Source of the DNA: Verrucomicrobiota bacterium
GTDB lineage: Bacteria > Verrucomicrobiota > Verrucomicrobiia > Opitutales > Seribacteraceae
Assembly (NCBI GenBank): GCA_027622665.1
Contig: JAQBYT010000001.1
Location: forward strand, 160,001-224,000
Length of the DNA: 64,000 nt
Direction of reading: 5' to 3'
Both the position numbers and the translations under genes were made by a program. The notes under the pieces were generated by a model. The model had not been told where the DNA came from, made no database searches, and saw nothing but the letters and a program-made list of their open reading frames with translations. The first letter of the stretch is position 1; each line of letters starts with the position of its first letter. Shown piece after piece: positions 63,401 to 64,000 of this stretch.

Positions 63401-63767
63401 TACCATCAGGATACCATTCTAGTGGAGTATACCCTTCACTGTGCTCAGTTAGTTTAGTGGGCACCCCACCAGTGCTTGGAATTATATAAACGTTCCAGTA
63501 CCCATCACGCTTACTGGTAAAAGCAATTTGCTTTCCGTTTGGAGACCAACAAGGCCAATGATCTTCTGCGGGATGAAAAGTTAGTTGTCTCGCATTACCT
63601 CCTTTTACGGGAGCAATCCACACATCGCCGTGCCATACGAACCCAAACTGCTTACCATCTGGCGAAACAGTAGGAGCCGCTGCCAATTCAATCCGTTCTC
63701 TTGGCATTACTTGAGCAGATCCACATAATACTGCAAAAATTGTACCAATGAATAAATAGACTCTCAT
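60444..63767 (-). CDS. Tricorn-like S41 protease (WD40/PD40 propellers, PDZ, catalytic domain)
   Basis: SPDGK repeats, GELNASH, LGYLHV, IDVRNNTGG, TASNGE (catalytic Ser), EGNGAVPDI, DQQL. Confidence 0.9.
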   Translation of the reverse strand: MRVYLFIGTIFAVLCGSAQVMPRERIELAAAPTVSPDGKQFGFVWHGDVWIAPVKGGNARQLTFHPAEDHWPCWSPNGKQIAFTSKRDGYWNVYIIPSTGGVPTKLTEHSEGYTPLEWYPDGTAILTTVRRDYLGFDSTRLLRVDINGSAVDEILFDAYARHGTMSPDSTKTLFTREGGNMLYRKGYRGSKSSQIWLHDSDKKDFKQICVENYGCRSPLWKPNGLGFYFVCDKNGTFNLWEKDFSTSSANQLTFFKADSVIMPSISRDGGTIIFRKGFDFYKYYPNSRKEPSKVNLWRRQDGLLSPSRRRWYDAAWNNDARQGIDWTDDFLEVAFTAGGDVWVMDTVLREPRLVCGETRSHETEVVFGPENEEIWFLRDFGDRTEIWKAVRKNKNKFWFENDKFTLSQFSSHKDRTNKNRLSLSPDGKTLAFCRDTGDIVVTSTDKYSPRLLLRSTVFPDYDWSPDGRWLTVQSKDSEDNWDVWVVAVNGEETPFNLSRHPKWDGSPRWSADGRLISFVGRRGRNDEFDLHYVYLIPDDEGKSDRLSKLEEAKKKLLSSRTIASISIQNKKDEDLPLPPIVKASTPKVLPRVVIDFENLHDRIRRVNLSGSKESNPFWHGDSSTLAFTSDIGGVRGIYTIKFPNELTAPKLLTKTIGLDPYWESNEIHWLVDNLPSKTKGSVLTKYTFKAYQDTDREQYLRLGYRMIWRKLRDFFYDKEMNGKDWDELLKKYENHITASIDRDGFGRLVNLLIGELNASHLFFELNDKIWPQWKPDHGWRRETVHLGMIFDKSFEGLGLKVKTVLHDGPARKPDSMIYEDEVILSIDGLSLDSPLAKRHAFNRRLNEVTDLKVKDPLGNVRLVHLEPISFTKARELLKESWISNNQRIVHEESNGKLGYLHVNRMNWDDLFQFEEELFSLGYRKEGLVIDVRNNTGGFTADRMLKMLSRPLHAFTIPRGGKRSYPLGYLDHFYWDKPIVVLCNQNTASNGEIFCHAIKATKRGKLIGVRTAGSVISVYTDEKFLDIGKMSIPFRGWYKLDDGRDMEGNGAVPDIEIWPQPGEIPNKIDQQLSKAVEVLLKDCQDLNNVNSADLKSITPKNNKLNIGN

Positions 63768-63771
63768 TATT

Positions 63772-64000
63772 TTAATTATTTAGAATGGGCTTAAGGTATG
63801 GAGCGGTCGGGCTTCCTTTAACCTTAACGATTTCTTCGGGTTTTCCAGAAAACAATATTTTGCCTCCATCATCTCCCCCCTTGGGACCAACTTCAACTAG
63901 GTAATCGGCATTAGCGAGCAAATCCAAGTTGTGTTCTATTACTATTACCGTATGCCCATCGTCCACAAGTCGGTTAAGCAAATGCATTAATTTAACACAA
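63772..64000 (-). CDS. uvrA: Excinuclease ABC subunit A, 3' end only (5'-partial)
   Basis: LNRLVDDGHTVIVIEHNLDLLANADYLVEVGPKGGDDGGKILFSGKPEEI...SPTAPYL. Confidence 0.88.
   Translation of the reverse strand, partial: CVKLMHLLNRLVDDGHTVIVIEHNLDLLANADYLVEVGPKGGDDGGKILFSGKPEEIVKVKGSPTAPYLKPILNN

Overview
Gene-dense bacterial window with about 47 CDS and no tRNA, rRNA, CRISPR array or transposase that I can recognise. Gene content (DUF1501/PSD1-PSCyt proteins, DUF5069, DUF6797-like propellers, Bacteroidetes-type PurM) suggests a PVC-superphylum organism, probably a marine Verrucomicrobiota (Opitutales-like). This taxonomy is inference. Housekeeping blocks: gltBD-thrH-FMN reductase-purM-PNP, hisI, a complete biotin operon (bioA-B-D-F-bioH-like-bioC, then pyrE) with a BirA-type operator, a peroxiredoxin-acnA-STAS-PP2C run, tyrS, a tricorn-like protease and the 3' end of uvrA. 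The most unusual part is the first 12 kb. (i) A minus-strand operon encodes a protein made almost entirely of ~20 gap-free 36-residue helical repeats, whose gene overlaps a CyaB1-like GAF-GAF-PAS-class III adenylate cyclase, followed by two paralogous TPR proteins that share a distinctive insertion; the second is missing from the ORF track. (ii) A fused double-DUF1538 membrane protein with a Ca-binding-like insert is followed by a protein carrying three PII-like domains in one chain. At 27.9-38.9 kb a blue-copper/beta-propeller cluster is interrupted by a high-GC DUF1553/DUF1501 cassette, with a 75-bp diverged direct repeat (a gene fragment) left at the junction. All family assignments come from motif recognition by eye; no database searches were run.
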